Part shown: positions 1 through 9,709 of the stretch, in pieces
Numbering within the stretch: the first letter of the stretch is position 1
Layout: the number at the start of each line of letters is the position of its first letter
DNA from: a virus
Virus record (IMG/VR): IMGVR_UViG_3300010885_081999
Coordinates: 1 to 64,000 of that record
Strand: one strand, 5' to 3'
DNA length: 64,000 nucleotides
Program-made: the position numbers and the translations under genes
Notes under the pieces: model-generated
Seen by the model: the letters and a program-made list of their open reading frames with translations, nothing else
Databases searched by the model: none
Told to the model about the DNA's origin: nothing

Positions 1-126
1 ACAGGTCCCACGGGACCGACAGGTGCGACAGGTCCCACAGGACCGACGGGGCCCACGGGACCGACAGGTGACACAGGTCCTAGAGGAACAGGAAGCACAG
101 GTCCCACGGGACCGACAGGTCCTGCA
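1..126 (+). repeat. Degenerate 9-nt tandem repeat encoding collagen GPT triplets
   Basis: ggtcccacg/ggaccgaca units repeated. Confidence 0.85.
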
Positions 127-612
127 GGATCCGGCGTGGCGAAGGTCGTGTCGACCACCGCTTCCTCCTCGGTGTCGAACTCCAACACCGCTACGATCCT
201 CACGACGCTCACGATCCCCGCGAACACGTTCACCGCAGGCGACCTCCTCACGCTCGAGGCGGCCTTCCTGAAGGGCGGCACCTCGGGCGGCGTGGCGATC
301 AACCTCGCGATCAACACTTCGAACTCGATTCCCGGCAGCGGTGGTTCCCTCGCGACGAAGTCGAACGTGAGCGGCGTGTGGCAGCCTCTGACTCGAAGGG
401 CAGCGATCGTGTCGACCGGCAGCGGCGGCGCGACGACGCTCTACAGCACGTCGACTTCGACGGACAACGACCTCGGCGTGGCTGCGGCCACGACGGCGTC
501 GGTCACCATCGACTGGACAGTCACTCAGTACTTGATAGCATGGGCACAGATGAGCGTCAGGTCAACGGGAGAGACGATCTCCTGTCAGTGGCTCAAGGTC
601 TCCAACGCCTGA
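1..612 (+). CDS. Collagen-like (Gly-X-Y) fibre/tail-fibre protein, 5' truncated
   Basis: Frame 1 from base 1 reads [29 protein letters not shown]...GPAGSG and runs in frame into ORF 136..612, a Ser/Thr-rich C-terminal domain. Confidence 0.8.
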   Translation, partial: TGPTGPTGATGPTGPTGPTGPTGDTGPRGTGSTGPTGPTGPAGSGVAKVVSTTASSSVSNSNTATILTTLTIPANTFTAGDLLTLEAAFLKGGTSGGVAINLAINTSNSIPGSGGSLATKSNVSGVWQPLTRRAAIVSTGSGGATTLYSTSTSTDNDLGVAAATTASVTIDWTVTQYLIAWAQMSVRSTGETISCQWLKVSNA

Positions 613-627
613 GTCGGTGCGAATGAT

Positions 628-669
628 GTCGGGTCGGATGCCTCGTCGGTGTCCGACCCGACTTCTTTT
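628..669 (+). terminator. Intrinsic terminator hairpin after the collagen-like gene
   Basis: GTCGGGTCGGA...TCCGACCCGAC stem followed by TTCTTTT, between convergent genes. Confidence 0.7.
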
Positions 670-1012
670 AAGCAGTTCTACCGAAGTCGTCGGAGAGACG
701 AACGACGTCGTCGAGCTCAGGAGTGGACACCTCGAGGACGTCGACGTCGCTCAACGCCGTCATTCGGTGGACCAACCCCGTCGTGATGTGAAAGCAGTCT
801 CCTGCTTCCATGTGGACCTCGTAGAGGGTGTCCTTCGTCTGACCCACTTCGAGGAGGAGGGAGCCACTCTGCACCATGATCGTCTCGTCCTTCACCTCGT
901 GATACTGCAGCGAAAGACGCTTTCCCGAGTCGATGTGCAGCACCTTTCCGACGTACTTCGGAGCCTCTGCCCAAACCAACTCATATCCCCACGGTTTTTC
1001 GATACGTCTCAT
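668..1012 (-). CDS. Cupin domain protein (mannose-6-phosphate isomerase C-terminal-like)
   Basis: EKPWG...LSLQYHEVKDET...HRM...EVSTPELDDVVRL pattern. Confidence 0.8.
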   Translation of the reverse strand: MRRIEKPWGYELVWAEAPKYVGKVLHIDSGKRLSLQYHEVKDETIMVQSGSLLLEVGQTKDTLYEVHMEAGDCFHITTGLVHRMTALSDVDVLEVSTPELDDVVRLSDDFGRTA

Positions 1013-1527
1013 GTCGATACCAGCCTTTCAGCGACGGTCCTGAGCCATTTCAGCTCGTGCTTCTTGCGCATCTTGAAAGAGAAACCCGAACGAACGAACA
1101 TGCGAAGGGCCGCGTCGGGCAACTCCACGAGCTCTTCGAAGGTGTACTTTCGATTGGAAGAGTGCTCCGCCTTCGTGATGAGGACGGTGGAGTCGTGCTT
1201 CCGCCAGAAGTCCCACCACGTGTCGAAGTCCTGCTCCTCACCCCTGAGGATCGACAGCGTCCTGTCGTACCTGTCCATGCGGTCGCCCACGACGCCGTGG
1301 GCACGTTGGATGTTTGTGACCTGCCCCTCCACGGCCTCGAACACCGCTGCCCGCGAGATGTGCGTGGGTCTCCAGACGTCCTCACCTTGGAAACCTGCGA
1401 TCGCCTCCTCGAAGGAGCGCTGGACGCACACGTCCGGAACGATGTTGTCCTGGATGAGGCTCCTCGAAGCGAGGTAAAATCGCTGAAGCTTCTCCTTCTC
1501 GGATTTTGTGGGATTGTCTGCGGGCAT
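1009..1527 (-). CDS. Hypothetical protein
   Basis: 172 aa ORF coupled (ATGA overlap) to the downstream gene. Confidence 0.65.
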   Translation of the reverse strand: MPADNPTKSEKEKLQRFYLASRSLIQDNIVPDVCVQRSFEEAIAGFQGEDVWRPTHISRAAVFEAVEGQVTNIQRAHGVVGDRMDRYDRTLSILRGEEQDFDTWWDFWRKHDSTVLITKAEHSSNRKYTFEELVELPDAALRMFVRSGFSFKMRKKHELKWLRTVAERLVST

Positions 1528-1543
1528 CTGCGTCTCTTCCTGC

Positions 1544-1813
1544 CTACTTCAGAGGTGGGATCAACGATTCACCCATGCATGTGGGTTGTGTGGTCGGGAC
1601 GGGACACACGGCGACGACCCTGTCGGTCGACCTCCAGTTGAAGCCCCACACTTCGCAGTTGCCTACGCGGAAGAGCGGCATTGCGCCCATCATCGCCTTC
1701 GAGTCCATCGTGAGGTCGCGGTGACGCTCTTCTGCTGCGGCATACGATGCGATCGCGATGAGGCCAATGAAGGCACCCCAAGCGAAACCCCTGATCGAGT
1801 CCTTGTTGATCAC
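1544..1813 (-). CDS. Hypothetical membrane/secreted protein
   Basis: N-terminal hydrophobic segment; overlaps the stop codon of the upstream gene. Confidence 0.55.
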   Translation of the reverse strand: MINKDSIRGFAWGAFIGLIAIASYAAAEERHRDLTMDSKAMMGAMPLFRVGNCEVWGFNWRSTDRVVAVCPVPTTQPTCMGESLIPPLK

Positions 1814-2043
1814 AAAGTCTTCTCCTTGTCGAAGTCCGAAGTCGAAAGAACTGGTTTCGTGAATGCCGCGGCGAAATGATTCACGTCCTCGGAAAGCTCC
1901 TCGAGAGTCTCTCCGTAGGGCGCCATCGCCGATTCCGTGTACATCGACGGGCGACCCTCCTTGTCGTAGTAGACCTCGTGGATCCCGAAGTGCGTGATGC
2001 CCTCAGAATCCGTGTGTTTCACCACTCGGTAGTTCCACGTCAT
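1810..2043 (-). CDS. Phage hypothetical protein (MTWNYRV...IHEVYYD type)
   Basis: 77 aa ORF preceded by a class A promoter. Confidence 0.7.
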   Translation of the reverse strand: MTWNYRVVKHTDSEGITHFGIHEVYYDKEGRPSMYTESAMAPYGETLEELSEDVNHFAAAFTKPVLSTSDFDKEKTL

Positions 2044-2075
2044 GATACCATCATATCATGCGCAGCGCAGACTTT

Positions 2076-2345
2076 TCACGCATGGTCGAGCTCACATTTG
2101 TCGACCCAGCCCACGACTTCGCCCGAGAAGATCTTGCAGGCGTTCATGCAGACTTCAAGCACGACTGCGAGCGTGTCCCTGTCGAGTCGTGACACGGGAA
2201 GCTCCGATCCAAATGTGAAGGGAGGATTGGGCCATACTTCCACGGTCAGGAAATTGAACGTGGGAACGATGCGCACGAGATTTCCTACTCTGAATCGAGG
2301 ACGATCATTCTTGAGGACATCCAGTGCCACGCTGCCCCTATCCAT
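2076..2345 (-). CDS. Hypothetical protein (possible SH3-like beta fold)
   Basis: 89 aa ORF filling a gap in a minus-strand operon. Confidence 0.45.
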   Translation of the reverse strand: MDRGSVALDVLKNDRPRFRVGNLVRIVPTFNFLTVEVWPNPPFTFGSELPVSRLDRDTLAVVLEVCMNACKIFSGEVVGWVDKCELDHA

Positions 2346-2971
2346 CGCTTGTACTCCGCGGCGTTCGTGTGGATGCCGTCCTCCAGAGGTATGACGAGAT
2401 CTTCGGACGCGAAGTAAATAGGAGCTGCAGACTTCACGAGTCGACGAACTTCATCGATCTTTGCAACTTTCTTTGTGCTGATCGCGGGGGGTCCGATCCA
2501 CACGACGAAGGCACCGGACTCGTCGATCGTCTTCACGAATTCCTCGAAGAGCTTTGGATTCTTCGACACCGACTCGAATCCCGCTGCATCGTTCGTGCCG
2601 AGCGACACGACCACGAGCGCCGGCTTATTGACCTTGAGGTCCTGCTTGATCCATGTGAGCCACTGTGTAGTCGTCGTTCCTACCGCAGCATGGGTCACGG
2701 CACGATAACCTGCGCCGACCGCGAGCCTCTTGAACTCAGTCGACATCCCGACGGCGAGCGAATCGCCGACGAGCATCACGGTGGCACCCTTCTTCAGTGC
2801 GGGCTCAGTGAGGACTTCTGAGCAGTCTTCCGCTGTGTCGTCGTGTGAGGGAGGTGCCGAAGAGACCGGTGGAGGAGGAGGCGTCTCGGAGACGGGTGCC
2901 GAGGCATCTGTGACAGGTGTCGGCTTGTTCACGCACGAAGCCATGATGAACAGTGTGAAAAATTTGCGCAT
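2285..2971 (-). CDS. SGNH/GDSL hydrolase, probable lipoprotein
   Basis: VGDSLA, SLGTND and DGIH blocks; MRKFFTLFIMASC lipobox-like start and Pro-rich linker. Confidence 0.8.
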   Translation of the reverse strand: MRKFFTLFIMASCVNKPTPVTDASAPVSETPPPPPVSSAPPSHDDTAEDCSEVLTEPALKKGATVMLVGDSLAVGMSTEFKRLAVGAGYRAVTHAAVGTTTTQWLTWIKQDLKVNKPALVVVSLGTNDAAGFESVSKNPKLFEEFVKTIDESGAFVVWIGPPAISTKKVAKIDEVRRLVKSAAPIYFASEDLVIPLEDGIHTNAAEYKRWIGAAWHWMSSRMIVLDSE

Positions 2972-3041
2972 TTCGTTCCATTGTAGCATACTTCACTCTC
3001 GTTTTTCAATCCACGTCTCGCAGAATAGTTATGATTGACTC

Positions 3042-4202
3042 ATGTCCATATTCAAGGAACACAGGACCAACGCGGACCGCGTGGCGTCTGACCGACGTCG
3101 TCACAAGCAGAAGATCGACAAGGCGATCCGCGAGGGGATTCATCACATCGTGGCCGACGAATCGATCATCGGAAACAACGGAAAGCAGAAGTTCCGGATC
3201 CCGGTGAGAGGAATCAAGGAGCACAGATTCGTCTACGGTGACAACGGGAAGCAGGTCGGTTCTGCACCTGGCAAGGACGTGAAGCGAGGCCAGAAGCTGG
3301 GAGGAAAAGAGCGCGGTCAGCCTGCGAGGCCTGACAAGCCCGGCTCAGAGAGCGGTGAAGAGTACTACGACGTCGAGATGTCGCTGGAGGAGCTTTCGGA
3401 GTACCTCTTCGCAGACCTGGGCCTCCCAGACCTCCAGAAGAAGCAGCTCACCAACATCTCCACGAACAAGTTGAAGCGTAGCGGCTACAGGACGGAAGGC
3501 ATCATGCCGCGGCTCGACAAGAAGAAGTCCGCGATAGCACGCATCAAGCGCATGAAGGCGGCAGGATTCGATCCCGAGAAGGCCGAGGAGGGTGAGACGT
3601 TTCCCTTCCACGAGGACGACCTCAAGTATCGTCACTACAAGCTGAAGGACGAACCCTGCACAAACGCTGTGGTCTTCTTCGTGATGGACGTGTCGGGATC
3701 GATGGACCAGGACAAGAAGTTCCTCGCTCGCTCCTTCTGCTTCCTCATGTATCAGTTCATTCGTTCGAAGTACGAGAACGTCGAGGTCGTCTTCGTGACG
3801 CACGATATGGAGGCACGCGAGGTGAACGAGAACGAGTTCTTCACGGTGGCGACGTCAGGTGGAACGTTCGCTTCGACGGGTCTCGAGAAGGTGAATAGCA
3901 TCGTCGAGGAGAGATTCCACCCCGACGCATGGAACCTCTACGCGTTTCACCTCTCGGACGGAGACAACTTCGACTCCGACAACGGCAAATACCTCCAGGA
4001 GCACTCGAAGCTCGAGTCCATGGTCCAGCTCTTCGGATATTGCGAACTCGAGCCGGAGAGGAGCTACATGGACGAGCAGAAGCTTTCTAGGATCCTCGCA
4101 CCGAGGATAAGAGAGAAGTCTCGCTGCATCACTATCAAGAAGAAGGAAGATGTCTGGCCGGCCTTCCGAGAGATGCTCGGCGCCGCGAAGGAAGGTGTGT
4201 GA
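3042..4202 (+). CDS. yeaH: YeaH/YhbH family (DUF444) vWA-domain protein
   Basis: DRRRH...IPVRGIKE; MIDAS motif MDVSGSM; SGGT; WNLYAFHLSDGDN. Confidence 0.9.
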   Translation: MSIFKEHRTNADRVASDRRRHKQKIDKAIREGIHHIVADESIIGNNGKQKFRIPVRGIKEHRFVYGDNGKQVGSAPGKDVKRGQKLGGKERGQPARPDKPGSESGEEYYDVEMSLEELSEYLFADLGLPDLQKKQLTNISTNKLKRSGYRTEGIMPRLDKKKSAIARIKRMKAAGFDPEKAEEGETFPFHEDDLKYRHYKLKDEPCTNAVVFFVMDVSGSMDQDKKFLARSFCFLMYQFIRSKYENVEVVFVTHDMEAREVNENEFFTVATSGGTFASTGLEKVNSIVEERFHPDAWNLYAFHLSDGDNFDSDNGKYLQEHSKLESMVQLFGYCELEPERSYMDEQKLSRILAPRIREKSRCITIKKKEDVWPAFREMLGAAKEGV

Positions 4203-5506
4203 TGGACTACAAGCTGACAGACCTCGAGGAATGGGACGAGAAGATCTGCGCGATCGCGAAAGGTCATGGGCTGGACTGGTACGAGATCGAGTACGAGTTC
4301 ATCGACTTCTTCTCGATGATCGGGGCGATGGCTTTCCACGGCCTCCCTTCGCACTTCAACCACTGGTCCTTCGGAAAGAGCTTCGAGAGGACGCACCAGA
4401 TGTACAACTTGGGCATGGAGGGTCTTCCATACGAGCTCATCATCAACTCGAATCCCTCGGTCGCCTACATGATGCGAGAGAATCCCCTCTATCTACAAAT
4501 CCTCATAATGGCACACTGTGTAGGTCATTCTGATTTTTTCAGAAATAATAGGACCTTCCAGGGTACCAGACCCGACACGATCGTGGGTCGCTGCAGGGCC
4601 GCGAAGAAGAGATTCCAAGACTACGTCGAGGATCCCTCGATAGGGATCGACAAGGTGGAGGCGGTCATCGATGCCTGCCACGCAGTCCAGTTCCAGATAC
4701 AGCGTCCGGGAATGAGACGACGGACCCGAGACGAGGTGATCGAGGAGCACAAGGCGAGGCTCAAGGCAGATCCCGAACTTCCCGACATCGACACGACGAG
4801 GAATCCCCTCGAGCCCGACTACGACATCCTGGGCTTCATCTCCGAGAACGCGAAGCTGCCCTCGTGGAAGCGCGACATCATCGACGTGTGTCGCGACGAG
4901 GGACGATACTTCTGGCCACAGATCCAGACGAAGATCATGAACGAAGGCTGGGCATCGTACTGGCACTACACTATCCTCCACGAGCTCGACCTGCCTCCTG
5001 AGCTGCACGTGGCATTCATCAAGTCACACAACCAGGTGATTCGTCCCCACATCGGTGGCATCAATCCCTACCACCTCGGCTTCCATCTCTTCCAGAGGAT
5101 CAAGGAGCGAATGGGAATGGACGAGTGCTTCATCGCTCGAGAGGTGCACAACGACGCGTCGTTCTTGAGACAGTACCTGAGGCAGGAAGACTGCGAAGAC
5201 CTCAATCTCTTCTCTTACTCTCGGAAAAGAAGCGGCGACGTGTCGGTCGACGACGTGTCCGACGAGGAAGGCTGGGAAGAGGTCAGGAGCAACCTCGTGA
5301 AGCAGGTCGGCGGCGGATCGATCCCGGTGCTGTACGTCGATGAAGCCAGACGAAACGGCAACCTAGTTCTAGGTCACGAACACGACGGAAGAGACCTAGA
5401 GCTGTCTGAGACGAAGTCCACGTTGGAGCATTTGGGCTACCTGTGGGACGACAAGGTCATTCTCAACACAATTGTTGACGGAAAGCTGCACCGAGTCGAG
5501 ACATGA
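4199..5506 (+). CDS. spoVR: SpoVR/YcgB family protein
   Basis: HWSFGK, YELIINSNP, AHCVGHSDFF, QTKIMNEGWASYWH and NPYHLG motifs. Confidence 0.92.
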   Translation: MMDYKLTDLEEWDEKICAIAKGHGLDWYEIEYEFIDFFSMIGAMAFHGLPSHFNHWSFGKSFERTHQMYNLGMEGLPYELIINSNPSVAYMMRENPLYLQILIMAHCVGHSDFFRNNRTFQGTRPDTIVGRCRAAKKRFQDYVEDPSIGIDKVEAVIDACHAVQFQIQRPGMRRRTRDEVIEEHKARLKADPELPDIDTTRNPLEPDYDILGFISENAKLPSWKRDIIDVCRDEGRYFWPQIQTKIMNEGWASYWHYTILHELDLPPELHVAFIKSHNQVIRPHIGGINPYHLGFHLFQRIKERMGMDECFIAREVHNDASFLRQYLRQEDCEDLNLFSYSRKRSGDVSVDDVSDEEGWEEVRSNLVKQVGGGSIPVLYVDEARRNGNLVLGHEHDGRDLELSETKSTLEHLGYLWDDKVILNTIVDGKLHRVET

Positions 5507-5515
5507 GTGTATAAT
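5487..5515 (+). promoter_or_regulatory. Class A promoter TGCAC-N18-TATAAT for prkA
   Basis: Internal promoter at the spoVR-prkA junction. Confidence 0.55.
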
Positions 5516-5534
5516 TCGGAGAGGAATGCAAAAG

Positions 5535-7469
5535 ATGAGCGTACGTAAAAACCTTCTGAGCAAGATCGCGGAAGCAAGATCCAAGTCAGAGTCTGAGAAG
5601 AAGTTCAACGGGACTTTGATGGACTACGTTGAGCTCGTGGAGAAGGACCCGACCATCGTGAAGACTGCGCATCAGCGCCTTTACGAATCGATCACAGAAC
5701 ACGGCTCGTACGCGATGCCCGATTCCGATCCGCGTAAGTTCAAGGTGTTCGACGGCGAGAACATCAAGATCCACAAGTACTTCGAGGGCGAGTTCTTCGG
5801 CATGGAGAACGTCGTCGCGAAGGTGATGTCGTTCCTCGACTCGGCAGCGCATAGAGGTGAGGAATCCCGTCAGGTCCTCCTCCTCATGGGACCCGTCGGC
5901 GCTGGTAAGTCGGCCCTCACGGAGCACATCAAGCGCGCTCTCGAAGGTAAGAAGTTCTTCCACCTGAAGGGTGATCCACACCGCGGCGAACCGCTCCAGC
6001 TCATCCCACGGTCTCTTCGACCTGAGTTCGAGAAGGAGCTCGGCGTGAAGATCGAGGGTGACATCTCACCTGTCGCTCGTCACAAGCTCCTCAACGACTT
6101 GAAGGGCAAGTACGAGGACTTCGAGGTCGAGGAGAGCTCTTTCTCTCAGCGTGCACGTCGTGGCGTGGCCGCAGTTCCTCCGATGGACGCGAACTCGCAG
6201 GACGTCTCGGTCCTCATCGGTTCGGTCGACATCTCCAAGCTCGACAAGTTTGCCGAGGACGATCCGCGTGCACTCTCTCTAAACGGTGCGTTCAACGTGG
6301 GCAACCGTGGCATCGTGGAGCTCGTCGAGGTGTTCAAGAACGAGATCGAGTTCCTCCACACCATCATCACTGCAACACAGGAGAAGAGAGTTCCTTCGCC
6401 CGGCAAGTCCGACATGTTGCACTTCGATGGTGTGATCCTCGCGCACTGCAACGAGGCCGAGTGGAACCGTTTCCAGAGTGAACACACCAACGAGGCGATC
6501 ATGGACCGCATCGTGAAGGTCGCCGTGCCGTACTGCCTGGAGCTCAACCAGGAGATCAAGATCTACGAGAAGATGCTCGGTAAGAGCGACTTCAACGTCC
6601 ACGTTGCACCCCACACCCTCAAGGTGGCATCGATGTTCTCCGTCATGTCCCGCCTCAAGCCCTCGGCCAAGTGTGATCCTCTGACCAAGCTGAAGATCTA
6701 CAACGGCGAGGACGTCCTCGAGAAGGGGCGCGTCAAGAAGGTCGACATCAAGGACCTCCGTGAGGAGGCGAAGCACGAGGGAATGGACGGAATCTCCACC
6801 CGATTCATCACGAAGGCGATAGACCATGCGCTGTCGAATTCGGACAAGGGAATGGTCACGCCCATCTCCGTCATGGACTCACTCACGAAGATGGTTCGTG
6901 AACAGATCACAGACGACGCATTCAAGAAGACGTGCCTCGAGATCCTCCAGAAGACGGTCCGCGACGAGTATCTCAAGATCCTCGAGACCGAGATCGCGAA
7001 GGCATTCGTCACCGCCTACGAGGAGCAGGCACAGAGCCTCTTCAACTCCTACCTCGACAACGCAGAGGCCTACACCACGAGGTCGAAGCTGAAGGACAAG
7101 GTCACGAAGGAGGAACGCCTCCCCGACGAGGACTTCATGAAGTCGATCGAAGAGAACATCGGCATCAGTGGCTCTGCCAAGGACGGTTTCCGAAGCGACG
7201 TCACCGCCTACATGTTTGCGAAGATGCGAAGAGGCGACAAGGTCGACTACAAGGCTTATGAGCCACTCCGCGAGGCGATCGAGGCATACCTCATCAATTC
7301 AGTGAAGTCTTTCGCTCGAATCGTGACGAAGTCCAAGTCACGTGATTCTGAACAGCAAGAGAAATACTCTGAGATGGTGAAGACGATGATCAAGGACTAC
7401 GGTTACACAGCCGAGTCTGCAGAAGAGATTCTGGCATACGCTTCGAATCACCTCTGGAGAGACGGCTGA
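5535..7469 (+). CDS. prkA: PrkA/YeaG family AAA+ serine protein kinase
   Basis: Walker A GPVGAGKS, GNRGIVELVEVFK, NEAIMDRI and EGMDGISTRF; SD GAGGA 9 nt upstream of ATG 5535. Confidence 0.92.
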   Translation: MSVRKNLLSKIAEARSKSESEKKFNGTLMDYVELVEKDPTIVKTAHQRLYESITEHGSYAMPDSDPRKFKVFDGENIKIHKYFEGEFFGMENVVAKVMSFLDSAAHRGEESRQVLLLMGPVGAGKSALTEHIKRALEGKKFFHLKGDPHRGEPLQLIPRSLRPEFEKELGVKIEGDISPVARHKLLNDLKGKYEDFEVEESSFSQRARRGVAAVPPMDANSQDVSVLIGSVDISKLDKFAEDDPRALSLNGAFNVGNRGIVELVEVFKNEIEFLHTIITATQEKRVPSPGKSDMLHFDGVILAHCNEAEWNRFQSEHTNEAIMDRIVKVAVPYCLELNQEIKIYEKMLGKSDFNVHVAPHTLKVASMFSVMSRLKPSAKCDPLTKLKIYNGEDVLEKGRVKKVDIKDLREEAKHEGMDGISTRFITKAIDHALSNSDKGMVTPISVMDSLTKMVREQITDDAFKKTCLEILQKTVRDEYLKILETEIAKAFVTAYEEQAQSLFNSYLDNAEAYTTRSKLKDKVTKEERLPDEDFMKSIEENIGISGSAKDGFRSDVTAYMFAKMRRGDKVDYKAYEPLREAIEAYLINSVKSFARIVTKSKSRDSEQQEKYSEMVKTMIKDYGYTAESAEEILAYASNHLWRDG

Positions 7470-7479
7470 TGTCCGGCCT

Positions 7480-8238
7480 TCACGTCAAATTGACGTAAGC
7501 GACCCACTCTGTACGGTCGACGGTGCCGCCTCTGCGGACGTTGGGCACCTTGCGTGTCACGACGGACGTCCAGGCATAGTCAGGAAAGTGATCCTGCGCC
7601 CCGTCGCCGTACGTGAATACGACGGGATTCGACGTCTTCGAGATCAGGTCGATCGTGTCCGAAGCCTTGTAGGAAGCTTCGTGATTCTTGACGCGACTCT
7701 TCTCTACATAGCCTGCAGTCGTGCCGAGATACGGCGGATCGACGAACAGCAGGTCTCCGTCTTGGTGAACGTATTCGTTCGCCGATCCGTGGATGACTTC
7801 GATGTCCTTAAGCCTAGGCAGGCACAGCGCCGTTTGCTCGTAAGGAAGTCTGTTCTGTGGATATATCTTCCACGCAGTGAGCTGCCCCACGAGCACTCCC
7901 GTCGTGTTGATCCTCACGTAAGTCTGTTGACCGAGGCTGAGACCTAGCATGAGACGGACATCGGGCTTGGTCGGTGTGTTCGGGTCTATCTTGATCGCTT
8001 CCACAGCATCGTGAAGGTCCTTGAGTTCGGACGGAGTCGTCTGCTTGAGCCACTGCCACATCGCGACGATGTCACCGTTCGTTTCATATCCCAGGCCAGG
8101 AAGGTCTGTCGACAGGAAATAGCATCCGCTCCCGAGGTAGGGCTCCACGATTCTCTTCGTGCCCTGAGGTGGTCTCTTGTAGTACTTGAGGAGCCTCGAT
8201 TTGCTGCCGCTGTACCTAAAAAGTCTCGATTGTTTCAT
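7480..8238 (-). CDS. Dam/D12-class DNA adenine methyltransferase
   Basis: YSGSKSRL, EPYLGSG and DPPY motifs. Confidence 0.8.
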   Translation of the reverse strand: MKQSRLFRYSGSKSRLLKYYKRPPQGTKRIVEPYLGSGCYFLSTDLPGLGYETNGDIVAMWQWLKQTTPSELKDLHDAVEAIKIDPNTPTKPDVRLMLGLSLGQQTYVRINTTGVLVGQLTAWKIYPQNRLPYEQTALCLPRLKDIEVIHGSANEYVHQDGDLLFVDPPYLGTTAGYVEKSRVKNHEASYKASDTIDLISKTSNPVVFTYGDGAQDHFPDYAWTSVVTRKVPNVRRGGTVDRTEWVAYVNLT

Positions 8239-8295
8239 TGATGATCTTGCCTCGTATAGTTATTTCCATGAGCAGTCGTTCACAGGAGGCCCGGC

Positions 8296-8973
8296 ATGAA
8301 GAAGTTCGTAGCATTGATGTGTCTGGCTTTCTTTGGGTCGGTAACATGTAGTGGCCAGCATCCAACAGAAAGTCCCAAGTACGGTAAGAAGGCGATGGTC
8401 GAGAGGCTGCAGAAGACGACTGTGGCGCTCGTCTTGCCTGACGACGAAGGAGGACTTCACGCTTACTGCAGCGGCGTCTGGGTCGGACCAAACACGGTCC
8501 TCACGGCGAAGCATTGCATAGAAGACCGACCCATAGTGGGGTACGAGACGCTTGGCGACACTCATGACAAGATCCCGAAGTTGGGTGTCGTCGTCGCTGT
8601 CGAAGAAGACAACGACCTTGCTCTGCTGAAAGTCGACCCAAAGACGATGCCTGAACATCCCGTCGCATTGCTCGGTGAGGAAGTATGGACGGGAGAACAC
8701 GTCAACATCGTAGGACACACAACGGGGTACTGGTGGACATACATCGAAGGTGTCGTGTCGTCCTCCGAGCTTCATGAGATGGTCAGCAAGGGAAGACGTC
8801 CTTACGCAATGCAGGTCTCTTCACCTGCATGGTTCGGAAACAGCGGAGGAGGAGCCTTTGACGATGAGGGTAAGCTCATTGGAATCAGCTCGTGGATCTC
8901 AGTGAAGGCACCAAACGTGTCGTTCTTCGTGCATCGAAGCATGATCAAGGACTTTCTCGAGAAGTATCGCTGA
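8296..8973 (+). CDS. Trypsin-like (S1) serine protease with signal peptide
   Basis: Catalytic triad TAKHC / DLALL / GNSGG. Confidence 0.88.
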   Translation: MKKFVALMCLAFFGSVTCSGQHPTESPKYGKKAMVERLQKTTVALVLPDDEGGLHAYCSGVWVGPNTVLTAKHCIEDRPIVGYETLGDTHDKIPKLGVVVAVEEDNDLALLKVDPKTMPEHPVALLGEEVWTGEHVNIVGHTTGYWWTYIEGVVSSSELHEMVSKGRRPYAMQVSSPAWFGNSGGGAFDDEGKLIGISSWISVKAPNVSFFVHRSMIKDFLEKYR

Positions 8974-9301
8974 CCTTCTTTTCCTTGAGGGACTTCTTCA
9001 CCACGATTCCGTACTTGTCGAGTCCCACGGGACTGAAGACGAACCACTGACCTCGAGTCTCATCGAACGTGTGGACATTTTCACCTTCGATCGAAGTCAC
9101 TGTACACAGTGATTTCTGCATCCTGCCGTCACGGAGACGGACGACCACGAGCTCGTCGCCTACGGATCCGATAAACTTTTCGTCTTGGACGGCATCAGGA
9201 AGAGCATCCAAGTTCCATTTGGAATTGACCTTCTTTGCCTTCGGCGCGTCTGACTCAGGCTTCTCTTTCTTCTTGTCTTTGAGAGGCTTTCTAGCAACCA
9301 T
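8945..9301 (-). CDS. Hypothetical protein
   Basis: 118 aa ORF with Lys-rich N-terminus, coupled to the upstream gene. Confidence 0.6.
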   Translation of the reverse strand: MVARKPLKDKKKEKPESDAPKAKKVNSKWNLDALPDAVQDEKFIGSVGDELVVVRLRDGRMQKSLCTVTSIEGENVHTFDETRGQWFVFSPVGLDKYGIVVKKSLKEKKVSDTSRESP

Positions 9302-9707
9302 GTCGTCTCCTCCACATGTAGTAAAGAGTCAAGGCGTGATCTTTGGGACATTCAGGCGGCATCGTGTTCTTCACGAAGATCTCCCAGGCTGCTGCAGCAT
9401 AGGGACCGATGCCAGGAAGCTCGGAAGCATGCTTCCACGTTGGTCTCAGAAAATGTTTCGACATCTCAATGATGTTTCTAGCACGCCTATTTCTGAAGCC
9501 TAAAGGCGCGATGATCGACGACAGGACATCAAAATCTGCCGCTGCCATCGATGAGGCGTCTGGGTACTTCGAGAAGAGCTTGGGAATCACTTTCTCCACG
9601 GCTCGACGGGTGGTGCAGTTCAACAACATGCATGTGACGAGAATCTTGAACTCGTCGGGCCAGAGGTCTTCTTGGATGAGACCGTAGGGCGACCTGGGAG
9701 GAATCAT
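9291..9707 (-). CDS. MBD4-like HhH-GPD DNA glycosylase
   Basis: PPRSPYGLIQE, LLNCT, PLGF, ELPGIGPY and KDHAL match the MBD4 glycosylase domain; start moved to ATG 9707. Confidence 0.82.
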   Translation of the reverse strand: MIPPRSPYGLIQEDLWPDEFKILVTCMLLNCTTRRAVEKVIPKLFSKYPDASSMAAADFDVLSSIIAPLGFRNRRARNIIEMSKHFLRPTWKHASELPGIGPYAAAAWEIFVKNTMPPECPKDHALTLYYMWRRRHGC

Positions 9708-9709
9708 GA

